Part shown: positions 45,707 through 47,785 of the stretch, one piece after another
Numbering within the stretch: position 1 is the first letter of the stretch
How the letters are laid out: each line of letters opens with the position of its first letter
Virus record (IMG/VR): IMGVR_UViG_3300037458_001078
Span: 1-47,785 of that record
Strand: one strand, 5' to 3'
Origin: a virus
Lineage: Duplodnaviria > Caudoviricetes
DNA length: 47,785 bases
The notes under the pieces: generated by a model
Database searches by the model: none
Seen by the model: the letters and a program-made list of their open reading frames with translations, nothing else
What the model was told of the DNA's origin: nothing
Position numbers and translations under genes: made by a program

Positions 45707-47221
45707 TCACACACCCTCCATGACGGTAGCCGGGGAGGTGTTCGATGGCGCCCCCACAGAAAACTGCACCTTTTTGAAGATCCCCTCCACCGGAATCCCA
45801 AACTCTTTCGCCAAGTCTTCTGCAAACTTGTAGGATTCCGCCGCTTGCCGAAACTGCTCCCTGTAGTCTTGCTGGCGTTCTGCAAACACATCCTGGTAGG
45901 TCAAGGTCCCAAGCTCCAATTCTGTCCTTAGCGCCGAGGCATTCCTGCCAACATCAACATTCGGAGAACGCGGGGGACGAACCACCGTCTTCTGATAGTC
46001 CTCAGGAAAATCCCCGTCCATGGACCGGTCATAATTTCGAGCCCACTCCCCGTGCCAATTGTAGATTGAGAGCAGACCCTTCTTAACCACCTCAAAGTTA
46101 GTGCGAAATCCGTTGGCACAAATATCCAGGTCTGCTCTGGTCACCGTTCCCTGGAGGGAGTAGGGTGCCACCATCAACTTGGGGATATTGTAGGCAGCAC
46201 AAATCTGGCTAAGCAGCAAATCGGTGAACCCCGTTTCGGCTACTGTTGGACGATCCCCGGGAAACTGCTCGATCTTCTCCCCCGTCCGGGCATAGATCGT
46301 TGACCCTCCCGACAACTGTTCGTAATATCGCGGACGATCCGTCATGTCCGACTGCGGCACGGTTGACGGCGTGCCCACCCCCAGCCGACTCTTGCGAAGA
46401 TCAGAGAACGACTTCTCACCAGCGTTATTGTACACCACGTTTGCAATAGTGGCAATCCGACGAGCCACTTTCACCTGCATCAGCTGGAGGTCCTGAAAAT
46501 CATGGAGAAGATTCAACGCGGAAAATCCCTCCGGGATCCCGCGGAGCATTCCCGGCCGACGGCACTTATAGATGTGCGTAACAAACCGGGCATCAACTCG
46601 AATGAACCGGGTTCCGCCCAGGAGAGGGCGAGCCAGAATTGAAAACGCGGAGACGTCACTGTCAACAAACCAATAGGCCAGCCGCTCCCCGGTCACCGGG
46701 TCCAATTCAACCCCGTCCACAATCTGGTCGTACACAGACCCAGCGACCGACTTTGGTGGAGTCAGGCAACGATGACCCTCCAAGGTTTGAATGCGGGGCT
46801 GGTTCTTTACCAACGTCCGAAGGATAAACACCTCCCCGTCGTCAAACAACGCACCCGCCCAATTCTGCTGCTCCTCAACCAACGTCAAGCCAGAGGAGAC
46901 CGAGGGGCAACAAGACCATCGATCCCAATTCGCAGCGCGAGAAACATTCCACAGCTCCTCGCTGGAATTCGGCACTATTGTCAGACCGTTGGGACCGACT
47001 GTGTACTGGATAAACAACGACCGAAGCTTTTGGACTATCGGCGAGTTATTCACCCAATAGCGATGACGCCGAACAAGCTCTAGCCGATCCCCTGCGCTGA
47101 TGTCAAACCTGGCATCTTGGACAGCCGCGCTGAGAATGCTCCGATCCGGGTACGGTGACTGGGTCGCCTCGTATTTTCCGAGGAGCCTCCGTGCGAGAAA
47201 ATTTCGGATGCCCTTAAACAT
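45707..47221 (-). CDS. Portal protein (lambda family)
   Basis: N.P......YTVGPNG, DGEVF, IVDGVE.D, RPGMLRGIP motifs. Confidence 0.88.
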   Translation of the reverse strand: MFKGIRNFLARRLLGKYEATQSPYPDRSILSAAVQDARFDISAGDRLELVRRHRYWVNNSPIVQKLRSLFIQYTVGPNGLTIVPNSSEELWNVSRAANWDRWSCCPSVSSGLTLVEEQQNWAGALFDDGEVFILRTLVKNQPRIQTLEGHRCLTPPKSVAGSVYDQIVDGVELDPVTGERLAYWFVDSDVSAFSILARPLLGGTRFIRVDARFVTHIYKCRRPGMLRGIPEGFSALNLLHDFQDLQLMQVKVARRIATIANVVYNNAGEKSFSDLRKSRLGVGTPSTVPQSDMTDRPRYYEQLSGGSTIYARTGEKIEQFPGDRPTVAETGFTDLLLSQICAAYNIPKLMVAPYSLQGTVTRADLDICANGFRTNFEVVKKGLLSIYNWHGEWARNYDRSMDGDFPEDYQKTVVRPPRSPNVDVGRNASALRTELELGTLTYQDVFAERQQDYREQFRQAAESYKFAEDLAKEFGIPVEGIFKKVQFSVGAPSNTSPATVMEGV

Positions 47222-47622
47222 CAGAACGCAAATTCCCGAAGAGTTGAATAGTCGCCGTCCGTAACTCCCACCGACTGCATGGCCTCGTGGTCCAGCATAT
47301 ACGCCAACAGCTGCGCATCCGTCGGGGAACCCTCCACCTGGCTCTTGACGTATTCGTAGAGGTCAATCAGAAAACTGATTAGTCCCGCGAGAGACTCGTG
47401 GCTTAGAGCACCCGCCTGGGCGGGGGCGGCAAATGTGTAGGACTGACCGTTCGCAGATGCCGACAAAATAACGCCGCCTTCGGTGGACAGAATCCGCGCA
47501 GTGCCGAGGTCTAGCAACAGCTCACCGATGGTCTTGCCCGCCTCCTCCGCTCGTTTCGCAACAGAGCGCAAGAACATTCGACGGTAGGCTGATCCGGGAA
47601 GCATTGACACAACCCCACCCAT
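47221..47622 (-). CDS. Head-tail adaptor (gpW-like) candidate
   Basis: Directly upstream of the portal gene; SASANGQSYTF motif; start 47622 or 47604, preceded by TTGACG. Confidence 0.55.
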   Translation of the reverse strand: MGGVVSMLPGSAYRRMFLRSVAKRAEEAGKTIGELLLDLGTARILSTEGGVILSASANGQSYTFAAPAQAGALSHESLAGLISFLIDLYEYVKSQVEGSPTDAQLLAYMLDHEAMQSVGVTDGDYSTLREFAF

Positions 47623-47658
47623 ACGTTTGTTTTCTCCCTCGTCAAGTTTTATTTTACC

Positions 47659-47763
47659 CCGGCTCCCCGTCCTCCAGGGGTCCGCTGGACGGCTTTCGGG
47701 AGCCGGGGGAGGAGTTGACCTCCGCTGGGTTCCCGGACGGTCCTGGAGGGGTTCCAGGGCTCT
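47659..47763. repeat. Repeat A (same copy as the start of the window)
   Basis: Identity to 1745-1848. Confidence 0.95.
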
Positions 47764-47785
47764 CGTCCCCCGAAACAAAAACGCC

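Overview
Apparently complete ~47.7-kb tailed dsDNA phage genome. Bases 1-82 repeat bases 47704-47785, and essentially all genes lie on the minus strand. In transcription order the modules are: lambda-like head/tail genes (portal, ClpP protease-capsid fusion, tail tube, short tape measure, signal-peptide-bearing fibre/LamG proteins); a replication block (SNF2 and RecD-like helicases, family A DNA polymerase, RepB-type primase-SF3 helicase); a thymidine-hypermodification operon; terminase; an inverted-repeat-rich noncoding gap; and an early region of small genes. Four things stand out. (1) A phage-borne, integrase-less array of attC-like integron cassettes (2989-5014). Its genes run antisense to the attC sites, cross every recombination point in the same reading frame, and start and stop inside the attC hairpins. 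(2) A 5-hmdU hypermodification cluster in which myo-inositol-1-phosphate synthase overlaps an amino acid:DNA-transferase-like protein fused to a CX5R phosphatase, suggesting an inositol-modified DNA base. (3) A structured ~100/141-bp repeat with about 13 copies, 7 of them translated in the same frame inside five unrelated proteins. (4) Seven near-identical promoter-leader cassettes. All product calls come from motif recognition by eye, not database searches.
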